Origin: Basidiobolus meristosporus CBS 931.73
Taxonomy: Eukaryota > Fungi > Basidiobolomycota
Length of the DNA: 64,000 nucleotides
Assembly: GCA_002104905.1 (NCBI GenBank)
Contig: MCFE01000036.1
Span: 141,584 to 205,583, forward strand
Direction: 5' to 3'
A program made the position numbers and the translations under genes. Shown here one piece after another: positions 34,817-49,018 of the stretch. How positions within the stretch are numbered: the first letter of the stretch is position 1; each line of letters opens with the position of its first letter. A model generated the notes under the pieces. The model worked only from the letters and a program-made list of their open reading frames with translations, searched no databases and was not told where the DNA came from.

Positions 34817-37443
34817 ATGAGCTCGAACAGCGACATCGCTTCTGCGTTGGCGGAGAACGTACCGAGAATATTTCAGGAGGTTCAGAAAACCGTCGCGAAT
34901 CATCGCAAGCTTGCCAATGTTCTACGAAAGCTTCAAGAAAAGGCCTCCCAGGTCGGAAAACGAAAGCTCGACAACCAGTTCCTATCTGGAGAGCAGAGCT
35001 TCAACCTGGAATTCACCCGAAACCTGAGCAAAATCCTTCCAGTCAAAAAAAGGGAGCCTGCAGTGGACAGGGTCATCAAGTTCGTGCAAACCTTCATACA
35101 GTATAGCCAGGAGAAGGACAATGCTGCTGATAGCGATGCCCAACAGGACCCGGAAGCCTCCGAAGAAACCCTGTCCTCGCGTTTTGTTGAGTATCTGATG
35201 AAATATCTTTTGGGGGGCGTGAATGCGAAAGATAAACCAGTGCGCCTAAGGGTTTGCCAGATGATTGCTCTCACCATCAACTCCCTTGGCGAGATAGACG
35301 AGGATCTCTACAACGAGCTCAAGTCAAAGTTGCTCGATTGTGCCAGGGACAAAGAAGCCAGTGTTCGTGTCCAGGTGGCTATCGCGCTTTCGCGACTTCA
35401 GGATACCGACGACGAGGTGGGAAGCGTGACGGAGAAGCTCATCGAGATGCTCAGAAATGATCCAAGTGCCGAAGTCAGACGCGCCGTATTCTACAATATC
35501 GAACTCACCGAGGCAATTCTTCCATACATCCTGGAGAGAGCACGTGACGTGGATGCCACGAACCGCAAGTGTATTTACTTGAGATCAATGATTGAGATCG
35601 GCGACTTCAGAATCCTATCCATCGACGACCGCGAGAAGCTTTTGAAATGGGGATTGTCGGATCGTGATGCCAACGTCAAGAAAGCATGCAGTAAGATGCT
35701 CTCCGAGCACTGGATTAGCCAGGCTGACAACAACCTCCTCGAGTTCCTGGAGAGACTCGATGTCATCTGCAGTGATGCTGCTGACAGTGCGCTCAGCTCA
35801 TTCTTCGAGGCGAACCCAGAAGTGTGCGATAGTTTCTCCTTCAACGACCAATTCTGGGAGAATCTGACACCAGAGAGTGCATTCTTGGCGCGCGTGTTCT
35901 GCGACTACTGCAAGAAGCATAACGAAGAGAAGCTAGAAGAAACCCTGCCAAACGTCACTCAGCATGCTGTCTACCTTCAAGAATACAGCCAGCTCATGTT
36001 GGTAACCGAAGAGGGGGACGCGGCAAAAACCGAGCTAGAGTTCATTGTGAACCAGCTGTTGTTAATGGCGGGACACCTTGATTTCGCAGACGAAATAGGT
36101 CGCCGACATATGTTCACGCTGTTGAAAGAAACACTCATCTATACCGACGTGCCTGACAACCATCTCTCCAATGTTATCGCAATCCTGAAGAAGATCTCGG
36201 TCAGTGAAAAAGACTTCACCCGGCTAATCATTGAGATCATCATTGATGTCCGCGAAAGCACCGAGGAGGCACTTAAAGAAAAGTATCAAGATCAAGATCT
36301 GGATGAAGACGAGGATATGGAAAAACGAATCCTCGAGGCACTGGCCACCCTGAAATGCCTGAACATCGCCAAAAACATGTTGGAGCGCAGTAACGAAAGT
36401 CTACGCGACAACTCATCCATGTACGGTTTGTTGAATGAGCTCATCATTCCGGCCACACAAAGCTCGGAAGACATCTTGAAGGAAACGGCGATTCGTTGCT
36501 TGGGTCTCTGTTGCCTGCTCGACAAGAACCTTGCCGCCGAGAACTTCCAAGTCTTCATCCACTGCGTGCTCGAGGGCCATATTGAGCTGCAGGAACAAGC
36601 GTTGATGATTATATTCGACTTGATCATGCTCTTCGGCATTGGCTCGCTCACCGCCAAGCTGGATGACCCCAACATCTTGGACCAATTGTTCCAAGAATGT
36701 ATGGATTGTGATGTGCCAGAGATCCTGGCCATTGCCACTGAAGGGGTCTCTAAGCTGTTCATCTGCAAGGCGCTAACAGATACAGACCAGTACCTTCCGT
36801 ACTTGGTCACCGGATACTTCCATCCCAAAACGGCTGACAATCAACGCCTTCGCCAGTGCCTCAGCTACTTCTTGCCCGTTTTCTGCCACTCGTCACACAA
36901 AAACCAACAGGCGATGATAAGGATTGCTCCCCAGGTGATATGCGACCTAGTTCAGGTACACAAGGAGCTCAATCTGGACGAAGAGATGGTATCTCCATTG
37001 CAGATAGGCCAGCAATTCGCCGATTGGACTGATTCCCACAAACTAGTCAGGTAAGTAAGCCAAGTGCTTGGTGGAGATCTCGTGGTTCTCGCTCTAACGA
37101 TTCATTGATTGCCTGCAGATCCCAGTTCCCTCAAAGCGAAGAGACCGACCATGGCATGCATGCTGAACTGGTCAAGGAGTTGCTACAGTTGACGGAGAGC
37201 GAGGCAGCCGGTTCAAGAAAAACCCTGCTCCAGATTCTCACCAAGTTCAGAGTGGACGAAACCGCGGGCGAGGAACGTCTACAACGACTATTGAACGCCA
37301 TCGAACGGTTCAAGAAGCAAAACCCAGTCATCGACGCTGTCTCGCGCAACGCGCTGAAGCGTTTGGAAACGTCGGTACTGACAGCGCTGGAAACTCTTCA
37401 ACAACAAGAATCATCTGCTGATGAAGCGGCCACCTCGCCCTAG
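34817..37443 (+). CDS. YCG1: Condensin subunit G (Ycg1/CAP-G); intron ~37051-37119
   Basis: HEAT-repeat protein with FQEVQKTVANHRKL, AKDKPVRLRVCQ, DPSAEVRRA, ERARDVDATNRK and NQRLRQCLSYFLPVF. Confidence 0.93.
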
Positions 37444-37574
37444 ACTGACCAAACCACTCTTCTCACCCCTGTGTATATTCCTGCCCCACCCTTCCATTCC
37501 CTTCATCGTTTTGTTTGGTAGAATATTGTCGAATATTGTCGAATATTTTTATATATAAATGGATGAAACTGGCT

Positions 37575-38649
37575 TTATTTCACCAGCGGCGGTGGTTGGG
37601 ATTTGTGGCTTTGCAGTGTATTCATGGCCTGCCAGAGCGTATCACATATCTTGATTCGTGTGGCTGTGTGCTCCCAATTGGCAGTTTTGGATTCCTCAAG
37701 CAGAGTGGACAAGTCGATGGGGTCGCCGAACACCACCTTCAGGGTCTGACCCACCCGCGGAATCGGTATCCTCCTACCTTCAGGCATGATGTCGGACATC
37801 CCTTTGAAAACAATCAGCACCTACGACAACGGACGCCTCGGAGTTCTCCTACCTTTGTGCCAGAAAGGAACCACGATCGGGGGTTTCTTGGACTCCATGA
37901 TAATCCTCCCCACTCCCCATTTGAAACGAATCAACTTGTCGGTCTGATTGACCTTGGCCTCGGGAAAAATATGAATCTAACTTTGGTTACTCTTCAATCC
38001 TGCCTGATACAGTGAATCTCTTTGGACCCACCCATTTTCCGTCGTTCATCCGGTCTATCGCAAAATCGACTGCTGGCTGGTATATTCCATCCCCTCTAAC
38101 GATCGGAACCGTCTGTCCAAGATAGAAAAACAACGAAAAAGCCCTAGCATCAATTGTGTTTGAAAATCCCCAATTTCAGTCTCCATATTTACCTGGACTT
38201 ACTCATTGGTGAAGCAGATCTCTCGCGCAGCTAGACACCATCTCATGTACTCTCTTTTCCAGAACGCTCTCAAGGGGAATACGTGAAACAACAACGGATC
38301 ATCAAGTCTGGTCCAGCAGCAGTAGGCAAACAGTCGGATTAGCCAAAGATGTCTGCCTTCGATCCTTGCGGTCACTTACACTGAGGTGTGGTTTGCAACT
38401 ATAGCAGGAGAATAGAACGATTAAACAAATGCTTTTGTTCGAAATTACAGAGCAAGGGTCCTTACTTGTGATGATTGGTCTGTCTCTATTCGGATCGAAG
38501 AGTAGTTTTAGAAAAGGCTCGAGGTTGTGGACCTCAGTGGTGGTTGTACATTTGATGAACATTTTGCCAAGCAAGCCTACACTAGTCATCACCAGGCTGC
38601 TCCCAAGATTCCACAGTCGGCTGTTCTTCGGGATAACGCGAATACTCAT
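37575..38649 (-). CDS. TAZ1: Tafazzin, cardiolipin transacylase (multi-exon)
   Basis: SSLVMTSVGLLGKMF...HNLEPFLKLLFDPNRDRPIIT, an NHxS/DDPLL acyltransferase region, and C-terminal IPRVGQTLKVVFGDPID. Confidence 0.9.
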
Positions 38650-39124
38650 GCTATATCAAGGGCTTCTGCTTGGACCAGGAAACTACTTTGCGTCCACCAC
38701 CGACGAGGTTCACAAGTTGAATACTATACTTGCCATTGTACTAATTTATTTTGGCAGCCAGACAGATGTGCCTAATCACTGATTTGCTGCCCCTCCGTCC
38801 ATCTAGCCATCCCCAGCAAGCGCAATCTACTTTTGGGGATGGAATCAGGAATATTGCTAAATATAATCGTAGGAGAGATCGTACTGAACACACTTATGGA
38901 AATTTCGGAATCTATTCTTGGCTGGCTCTTGTTTATTGTCTAGGAAAACCACGGAAGAGAATAGAGATGTGGCAGGTATAATATGGGGTGGATAAGCAAA
39001 TGCGGCACACTACAAGCTATAAGCTAGAAGACCTGATGCGAAGAAGAATGTACACAAATATATGATGGAGAAACTAAGGAAGATTATTAACGTAATATCT
39101 ATAATAAAGAAGAAACCACGGAAT

Positions 39125-40977
39125 CTAATGATGATGCAAAAAGTTCCTCACAGAGCAACGTCCGATCTCTTTGTACATGGCTGAGCTCATACTTTGAGCT
39201 GCAGTTCGTACTTGCCCTGCCTGGTCATGTCCAGAGAGATATGCTCCTTCGAGCCGTCGGGTCGTTGCACAGTAATCTAGAAAAAGAAAGATTTCAGCGT
39301 GCATGTCCAGGTTAATCACTCATGTGCCAAACTGGTTACATACCACTTCTTTGTTCGCGGAAAGAAATTTGGCGTTGTATTTATCCGATTTGAAATCGTT
39401 CACCATGATCGCGTCCCCTTTTTTCAACCATTGGCCATAATACGACAATTTCCCGGACTCTGCGTATACTCGGATGATGCTATTTTCAAAGGGGAGACGA
39501 CTCACTTTGCTTTGTGCTTGTGGAGACTGACGTTACTCTATGGTGCATGTGAAATAGTCCGCCTTAACGATGAGTACCTGTTGCAAGCTATTCAAGGGTT
39601 AATGACTTCCCCTAAGCACACGGTCTTTCAAGAACATACCTGAATAAGGGCCAAATCTTCGCTGATTTCCGCTGGATCAAGGCTGGACACCAAATGTAGG
39701 CTAGTTAAGGATACTGGCGAGATGGCATCTGGATTATTCAAATCTTGACAGCGCAAAAAGGATATTAAACTCTGGCATCATGAGCTTGGCCGGGGTGAGA
39801 TTTGTTTCATGCAACCGCGGTATCTTTCGACTTACAGGCTCTGTATCTAGTAGTTGACATTCGATATCAGTATTAGCGACCGCTGACCATGAACAAAGCT
39901 GATACTTACAAATCTCCTCGTCCAATCGCTCGTACTCTTTTTTGAGCCGGTGCTTCTTACTCACAGTGTCTTCTGATAGCGTCGCTTTGAGTGATTTCCT
40001 AGCATTCTGCATGTGAGGTACGATAAATACGTGCTACGCACATCATGCATTTCTCATTGTTTACCTCGAAGTCACAGCGAATCTGATATTCGGTTCCGAT
40101 ATTTATATTGTTAATCGTGAATAGCTGCGCATTTCGGAATGCATTGGCCATATCGATCACGGCTCTCCTTTTTCTTTCCACCTCTTCTAGCAAAGGTGTC
40201 AACTCTGGGTGATTTTCTAGCAATACAAAGTCGTTGGAATGGTGCTTAGCGAGAATACGATTCATAGAAAAGGAGCCTGTACCATTTTCAACCATCTTTA
40301 TCTCATCCTCTAGTTCATGCAAACGTTCACGGTATATCCTTGGGGCCGGTTAGAATCACTGCTTTCACCGTTTTTAAAGCTTATTATGTTATTTATACCT
40401 ATCACGAAGTTTTGCAAACTCCAACTCAATTTCGCGTAATGAATCCAATGCTTCATGATGCTGGTCTCGGACGACTACCCATTCGATGTATGAGAATAAG
40501 CAATTCGAAAAAACAACAACTTGACGTGAGTGTTTACTGACCTTGATCTTCATCATCGTGTGTATGGGCCGGGGTCAAATCATCGAGTGTTGTGTCAACA
40601 GCGGCAGGAGGATCTAATGGCTCTGAATGTTCGGAAGCCTCTGAGCCGTTTTGCTTGCCAGAAGCCGGTGAAGATGGACAAGAAGGCGTAGGTGACAGTA
40701 GTGGCGAGTTATTTTTACTTTCCGTAGGCGAGTCCGGAGCATTCTCTTGATGATCGAGCTGCTTTTCGCCTTCTTGACTTTTTGCTGGGGTTAAATTCTC
40801 TGAGGGGATTTCTGAGGGTAGAACTGGATTATGTTCAACGCTCTTTGGCTCCTGTGCACAGGTTACGTTGGAAAGCGAGACATCAGAAGAAAGGACACTG
40901 GAAAAGGAGCTGGATAGATTTGCTGTGGAGTCAGCCTCGGTTTTGGAACTGATTGAGGAAGCAATCTCTAAGGTCAT
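39125..40977 (-). CDS. Sds3-like family Rpd3/Sin3 HDAC complex subunit (multi-exon)
   Basis: A low-complexity N-terminus precedes HHEALDSLREIELEFAKLRD and HELEDEIKMVENG..HPE...LEEVERKR. The start is uncertain. Confidence 0.72.
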
Positions 40978-41505
40978 ATGAACGAAGGCTATTGAGATTT
41001 AGAAGCAGCGGTATTTTCCTCGAGAACTTTAGAAGCAGTGCTTGGTGACAGAGAAGTACACGACGATAGAAAAGGAGCAATTTTCTTTGGACAGCGGAAA
41101 CAACCGACCCACAAAAGAGAAACTATGGCTAAAAGTAGGCCTAGGAAAAAACGAACAGGACTATTGTGTGTTTACCGCACTATGAAGCCATGGTCAGGAA
41201 AACTTGGGAAAAAATATATATATTGATCACGGGGTTGGAATTCAATGGCGGACTGCTCTTTATTCAAAGCATATATTGATTAATTCTTCACCTAAGCTAG
41301 TCAAGTTCAAAAGTGCCAACCAATTGCCCAATCAGTGCATATCAACCTAAACCATATAGGCTACAACTTGATCGACTCGATGTATGATTTGTTTATTGGT
41401 GTGGTGGGTGGTGAGTGGGTGGTGAGTGGTATGTGGTATGTGGTATGTGGCATGTAGCACTGATGTTCAAAAAAATAAGCTCAGTACTGCTGATGCTCAG
41501 TGCGA

Positions 41506-42561
41506 CTAACGCTTAAGAAACTCCATAGTGAGTTCAAAAAACTCCTTTGGTTTCTCGGCATGCACTAAGAATGTTGGAAAGCCGGTTAATGGCTGAGTCG
41601 GTAAGATAGTAAGATCTACTTACCCCAATGTCCTGCATCAAGCTCGGCAAACTGTACGCTTGGGAAGAACTCCTGGATGGCACGATGGTGCTTTTGTTGG
41701 ACGTAATGCGACTTGCTACCAGATACAAACAGGGTAGGCCCTTCGAAGCGCTTTAGCCCTTCTTCAGTTGGAAACTCGCCAAGATCCTCAAGATGGTTCT
41801 TGATAATATCCAACGGTATACGCCAGGAATAAGCTCCACTGGGATTCTTCCTAAGATTCGTCATCAAAAACATGCGAACCCCATGATCCTAAATACTGCA
41901 CATCAGTACAATCATTACCTCCATCAAGCCCTGTCTTACTCACTGGGATATAACTCATCAATTCATTGTCAGCAGCACTCTGCTTTGTATGCTTGCTCTC
42001 TTCAACCTGCTTCATGGCGCTTATAAAATGGCCGATGTCACCAGAAAGTTTAAGTGAAACTGGTGACATATCAACCACAACTAGTTTTTCAAGCTGCGCA
42101 GGTTCGTTTAGACTGAGAGTCATAGCAACTTTTCCGCCCCTTGGTATACGAAATGAAAACCGTCAATGAAGGTGTGTGTTTCCTTGAGGAAAGTTCGCTT
42201 ACATTGAATGCCCCATGAGGTTCACTTTGTCAAGGCCATTCTGCTTTAAAAACTCGGACACATCTTCAGCCATGACTTCATAATTCAAGGGCTCAATATG
42301 GGGACTTTCACCATGATCTCTCAAATCCAAGGCGTACACATCCGTATTGAGGCTACTGGAGTAGCTTTTTGCAAGTGTCTTCCAGTTTTGTTTAGAACCG
42401 AATAGTCCGTGAAGAATCACTAAAGGTGTTTTTGCTTGCCCCTTTACTGGGTTAACGGCTTCATATCGGTCATGAACTAATTTAATGCTGGATCTTTGAC
42501 TACAGAGGCTACCGTGGAAATTACGCTTGGCGAACAAAGTGAAAGAATTTCGCATGAACAT
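41506..42561 (-). CDS. ABHD11: ABHD11/Imo32-like mitochondrial alpha/beta hydrolase (multi-exon)
   Basis: PLVILHGLFGSKQNW, DLRDHGESPH, GHSMGGK nucleophile elbow, LDAGHW-VHAEKP. Confidence 0.88.
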
Positions 42562-42889
42562 TTTCGCCAAGTGTACAGGTCGAGTGTGTGCTGGAACTGC
42601 CCGAATGAAGACCATGCTATCATAGACGTGAATTCCTTCCGAATAACCATATAAATACGCTGGAGCAGTCACATGATTGTTCAATAATAAAGATGGGAGG
42701 CTTGCCCAGAAGTTGGCATAAATTAACAAGTCTCCAAGCAATTTTTCGGATAAAAAAGAAGGTCGAAATTTTTTGAAACTCTGGATCACAAGTAAAAAAG
42801 GTCGAAATTTTTACTGTTACCTTGCAAAGTGAAAATTTCGCGCTACCTGTACTTGCTCAACTTAGAACTAGAGGTTGTACGTTTTGAAA

Positions 42890-43602
42890 ATGGTTTTTCC
42901 CAACGCTATTAGAATTATCAAGAACACAGCTCGTGGAAACTCTATCGGCAGCGTCTCCCTATATAACGTTGCCTATTTCCATCACCGACCAGCTGTCTAT
43001 GCTAAGGATGGCCTCTTTGGCTTCTTCAAAAAGGACTCAGCTGACGCCCAAGTGACCGAAACTACGGAAGCTCAAGTAGAGTCTACCGTTGAAGAGTCGA
43101 CCGAAGCTCCTGCTCAAAAAAGGAGGTATGGGCAGTCTCACACGTAAACTTGGCTAAATTTATCTATTCACAACTCTCGGCCTTATCAGAAAAGCGCCAC
43201 TTACCCCCGAAGAACTTGAGAACACCATCAAAGACATTGTAAAGGAGTATACTCAGACTGATGATTCCAAATGGCGCCAGGTCAAATTCGACGACAAGAA
43301 GGTTAAGTACCAGGTAAGAGCCACACATATATGGTACACACGTCTATATAAGCATGAGCGTTAAGCTTTTTACATAGATTCTTCAAGAATGCATGCTCAA
43401 GTGCCAACGTGAAATCCCCAATGCCAGTCTAAACAACATGCAAAATATTCAAGATTTGTTACACTTCTACTTGCAAGAGGAAACACCATTTAAGTCGGTA
43501 CATCCTGTTGCCGAATGGTTCCAGAAGAACAAGGCTCAGTTCCCACCAAATATGCACTTTGTCAAATATGATAAAAGAACGAAGAAGGCACACAATCACT
43601 AA
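42890..43602 (+). CDS. Probable mitochondrial ribosomal protein mL50 (3 exons)
   Basis: A basic presequence precedes KWRQVKFDDKKVKYQ-ILQECMLKCQREIPNASLNNMQNIQDLLHFY, which resembles the Ribosomal_L50 pattern. Confidence 0.6.
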
Positions 43603-44094
43603 TTGGAATACAGCATTCTCCGTCACTTCCAATACACAAACTTTCATATTTAGGCTTCACTATTTTCTTCAATAAACCTCTCGTCATTGCATCACAAACA
43701 ACCTCTCTTCCTAGACTGCACTCTTGTCTCGATATTTGAAGAGTACCCCAACCCCGCCATACGCTGCCGGTATCGGAGGAATGATCTATAAACTAATGCT
43801 AATGCCTTCGGTAACATCCAAAAGAGATATTCTGGAATGGATTATTATCATTTACTCTGTGGCGAATGTCGAATTCATGGATGAAAAAGTTTTAGTAGAA
43901 AAACAAGTGCAGTCAAGAAAAAAAAAGGGCCTGAGATGGAAAATCATGACAGCAGCAGTGAAGCATATACACAAATTATCGATTCTGCGTATTTTTTCTT
44001 TTCGACCACTCCTACAGGCCAAAGCACACGCTTTCTAACTCAGTACAGGCGTGTACGATAATTTAATTCCACTTTGGATTATTGAAAGTTGAAT

Positions 44095-47000
44095 ATGAAG
44101 GAACACGTCGTGGAGAGTGCACCCAAGAGAATGTAATCCCCCTTTACTAAGTCATCAAGCTAGTGTCTGGTTGAGTCAGCCAATAACCATTGATTTTATG
44201 AAATTAGTAAGCACATCCAATTCGGAGTGCTCTCTCCTCAACAAATGATGAAGCTTGCCGAGTTTGAAGTTACTCAGCGTGATCTTTACAACATCCCTGA
44301 TCGCACTACTGTCAAACATGGTGTTCTAGATATGAGACTGGTAAGCCAATTCTTACCTAGTAGGCTGAATCTGAATCTACCTGCCTACCAATACTCACAA
44401 ATTCGCTTCACTTGGTAGGGTACGTCAGATAAGACTGCACTTTGCGAAACTTGTGGCTTGAAAATGGCTGATTGTGTGGGTCATTACGGTTATGTCAAGC
44501 TTTGCCTCCCCGTATTTCATATCGGCTACTTTAGATCAATCATTACCATCCTACAGAATATCTGCAAAGTACGTATACTGCATCAGCTATAGCAGAATAT
44601 TAATCCAGAGAATAACCGCTCTATAGACTTGTAGTAGGGTCTTACTCGAAGAGGGAGATAGGCGTATTTATCTGAAGAGACTTCGTGCTCCTCGCTTAGA
44701 GAATTTACAAAGGCGTAACATTGTTAAAGCAGTAAACGATAAGTGTAAAAAGGTCGTTTATTGCACTTATTGCGGTGCTACAAATGGTAAAGATGGATTA
44801 TTCTCGAATTCAGCGAACCTGTTCTAACTGAACTTCTAACCACAGGTGTTGTAAAGAAGGTTGGTCCGTTGAAGATCACTCACGAAAAGTTCCGTGCGAA
44901 GAGAACTGCCTCAGAGCAAGAAGCTTTCAAGCAAACCTTTGAGAATGCAATTGCATTTACACCGGAGTTGAAGGCACATGTTGGAAAGGCCCAAGAAGAT
45001 ATGAACCCCTTGCGTGTGTTCCAACTTTTTGAAAAGATAACTTCAGAGGTATTTTATACCGATACTTCGCAATGTAATTTTTAAGTACTTACTTTGGTGC
45101 TCGACAGGATTGTGAACTGCTTGGCTTAGATCCGGAAGAAGGAAGACCTGAGTCTTACCTTTGGAGGGCACTTCCTGTTCCTCCTGTTTGTATTAGACCT
45201 TCTGTTGCTCAAGACGGGGCAAGCACTGAGGATGATTTGACAGTCAAATTGACAGAAATCATCTTTACTAATGCCCTTATCAAAGCTGGGTTGGAGAAAG
45301 GCGGCTCTATCATGAACCTGATGGAACAATGGGAATTCTTGCAACTTTCTGTCGGCATGTACATCAACAGTGACATTCCAGGTCTGGCTAACAATATGGG
45401 CGGAAAGCCTATTCGTGGCTTCTGCCAAAGACTGAAGGGTAAACAAGGTCGTTTCCGTGGAAATTTGTCCGGAAAGCGTGTCGATTTCTCCAGTAGAACA
45501 GTCATTTCCCCGGATCCTAATTTGCGAATTGACCAGGTACGCATTTATCTACACTTTAGCCAAAACCTTTCACGATACTTATTAAGCGTATGCTTAGGTT
45601 GCGGTGCCAGAGTATGTCGCCAAAGTACTCACCTTCCCTGAGCGTGTCTTCGAACATAACATTGAGCGCCTCCGCAAAAACGTTCTCAATGGTCCAGATG
45701 TTCATCCTGGTGCCAACTTCATTGTACAAGGAAACGGTTTCAAGAAATACCTAAAATACGCCAATAGGGAGCAGATCGCGGCTGACCTTCGAATCGGTGA
45801 TGTCGTCGAGAGACATCTGTCCGACGGAGATGTTGCTTTGTTCAATCGTCAACCATCACTTCATAAGCTCAGTATCATGGCGCATTATGTAAGGTTCTCT
45901 CGAATAGTCACCATTTTGAGTCAGTTGCTAAGCAGTTGTCATCTATAGGTTACTGTAAAGCCCTGGCGTACTTTCCGTTTCAATGAGTGCGTTTGTAGTC
46001 CTTATAATGCTGATTTCGATGGTGATGAAATGAATTTGCATGTGCCCCAGACAGAAGAAGCTAGAATGGAAGCCATTGAACTTATGGGAGTAAGGATGCA
46101 TTTCTTACAATGCGAATATACTTATTCGCTGTTATGTAGTTATTTGTATTGACTTTTCCTCTCTATCTAGGTCAAGAACAACTTGGTAACTCCTCGTAAC
46201 GGTGAACCACTGATTGCCGCCACTCAGGATTTTATCACTGCATCTTATCTACTCTCTAGCAAAGATCGTTTTTATAACAGAAGCCAGTTCGTTCAGATCT
46301 GCTCATATATGCAGGACGCAAACATTCATATAGATATCCCACCACCAGCCATCCGTAAACCTGTCATGCTTTGGACCGGAAAGCAAATCTTCAACGTCTT
46401 GATGAGACCAAACAAGCAGTCTAAAGTGATGGTTAATTTGGAGACAAAGTGTAGATCTTTCGAGAAGAAGGAAGGTCGTGCGCCTGACCTTTGCCCCAGC
46501 GATGGATACCTCGTTATCCAAAACAGTGAACTCATGTGCGGTGTCATGGACAAATCTATCGTCGGAGATGGAAACAAATACTCCTTATTCTACGTTGTGC
46601 TCAGAGATTACGGAGCCAACGAAGCAGCTATTCGTATGAACAGACTTGCTAAGCTGTGTGCTCGCTGGTTAGCCAACCAGGGCTTCTCTATTGGTATTAG
46701 TGATGTTCAGCCTGGCTACGTCCTCCGCACCAAGAAGGATGCACTGGTTGAAACTGCCTACCAGCAGTGCGACGAGCTCATTTTCAAAAGTAAAAATGGA
46801 GAATTGGAGAACCAACCGGGTTGCGACGAAGACCAAACACTGGAGTCGCATATCTCTGGAGTACTCAGCAAGATTCGTGATGACGCTGGTCAGATTTGTT
46901 TGACTGAGCTCAACAAGTACAATGCTCCCTTGATTATGTCCATTTGTGGTTCTAAAGGTTCCAAGATTAACGTGTGCCAGATGGTGGCTTGCGTCGGTCA

Positions 47001-48807
47001 GCAGATTATTAGTGGTAGTCGTATCCCTGATGGTTTTGTTGATCGTTCTCTACCACATTTCTTGATCAATTCGAAGACCCCTCCCGCCAAGGGTTTCGTG
47101 AGAAACAGTTTCTACAGTGGTCTTACACCTACCGAGTTCTTCTTCCACGCTGTGTCTGGTCGTGAAGGTCTTGTCGATACTGCCGTCAAAACTGCCGAGA
47201 CTGGTTACATGCAAAGAAGACTGATGAAGGCACTCGAGGATTTGACGACCCATTATGACCTCTCTGTTCGTAGCTCTTCTGGTGGTGTTGTTCAATTCTG
47301 TTATGGTGACGATGGTCTGGACCCCGCTACATTGGAGGGAGACGGACAACCTGTGGAATTCAGTCGTAACTTGATGCACGTTAGAGGAGTTACTCCCGTT
47401 GGAAAGGATCATCCATTGCTTCCCTATCAAATCACCAAGATTACCCGAGAGGAGCTCAAGAAGCCAGCATTCACAAAGGTCTGCAACAGCGCCTTCCTTG
47501 AATCAGTCGAAACCTTTGTTCGTGAGCATGTTGTGGAGCAACTAGCGGAGATTAGAGGGAAGAATGGAATGAACGAGGCTCTGGACGAGCCTAAAGTCCC
47601 CAATGCCAACATCGACAAGAAGATTAGCCCTGCCGTTAGAAAAATGATTAACAACAAGCTAACCATCACCGAGCCTCAACTCAAGGCATTCCTCAACATA
47701 TGTTTGTCCAAGTATATGAAGGCTAAGATCGAACCTGGATCAGCTGTTGGTGCCCTCGGTGCACAGAGTATTGGTGAGCCGGGTACACAGATGACACTCA
47801 AAACTTTCCATTTTGCTGGTGTAGCTAGTATGAACGTCACTCTTGGTGTGCCTCGTATCAAGGAAATCATTAACGCGGCCAAGGTGATCAGTACACCCAT
47901 CATCACCAGTAAGCTTGTCTGTGATGACAATATCCAGTCCGCTAGAATCGTGAAAGGTCGAATCGAGAAGACATTGTTGGGTGACATTGCAGAGTTCATT
48001 GAAGAAGTCTACAGACCTGAAGAATGCTACATCGGGATCAAGATTGATCTTGATGCCATCCAGAAACTCCAACTGGAAACCGATCTGTATCAGATTGCCA
48101 ACGCAATTGTTGCGGCACCTAAACTCAAGATCACCACTAGCAACGTTCAAGTACATAAGCCAGACCGTGTCCGCGTTTATGTACCTCAGAAGGAAGCATC
48201 TACGTTGTATTATAACCTTCAAGCTTTGAAGCGAGCTTTGCCTCAGGTTATTATCAAGGGTATCCCTTCGGTTAACCGTGCGGTTATTAGCGAGGTTACC
48301 GGTGGTAAGGTTCAACTTCTGGTTGAGGGCTACGGATTACGCGAGGTCATGACGACCGAAGGTATCGTAGGGACCGAGACGACTTCCAACCATGTCATGG
48401 AGATCCAGAAGGTGTTGGGTATCGAGGCTGCTAGAAATACCATCTGTCATGAGATCCAATACACCATGAGCAAGCACGGTATGACCATCGATCCTCGTCA
48501 CGTGATGCTTCTTGGAGATATCATGACATACAAGGGCGAAGTGCTGGGCATCACCCGGTTCGGTATTGCCAAGATGAAGGACAGTGTTCTAATGTTGGCT
48601 TCATTCGAGAAGACCACCGACCATCTGTTCGATGCTGCGATGTATGCTAAACGGGATTCCATCGAGGGCGTGAGTGAATGTATCATCATGGGTATCCCCA
48701 TGCCCATCGGTACTGGATTGTTCAAGCTTATTCACAAATCCGAGCAAGAAACGTTGCCCAAGCCACGCTCCTTACTCTTCGACAACCCAGAGTTCCACGT
48801 TAATTAA
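44095..48807 (+). CDS. RPC1: RNA polymerase III largest subunit C160 (multi-exon)
   Basis: MKEHVV..KRI; GTSDK..CETCG..CVGHYG; [25 protein letters not shown]; [21 protein letters not shown]; [15 protein letters not shown]; [12 protein letters not shown]. There is no CTD heptad repeat. Confidence 0.97.
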
Positions 48808-49018
48808 AACTATCCCCTTTCTATAATCTCCACCCGACACCCTCCCCCCTCACTCATACTCATTCGGATGACTTCTATTCATGCATCATCTCGTATACTT
48901 CTCTAGAATTGTATTGATCAAATGTTAATCCTGATTTATTATCAGCAAATAAATGGGAAAAAATCTGTAGAAATAGAGACACGGTGTGCTGGCAGCGTTT
49001 ATTTATGAGCTTTACGAA

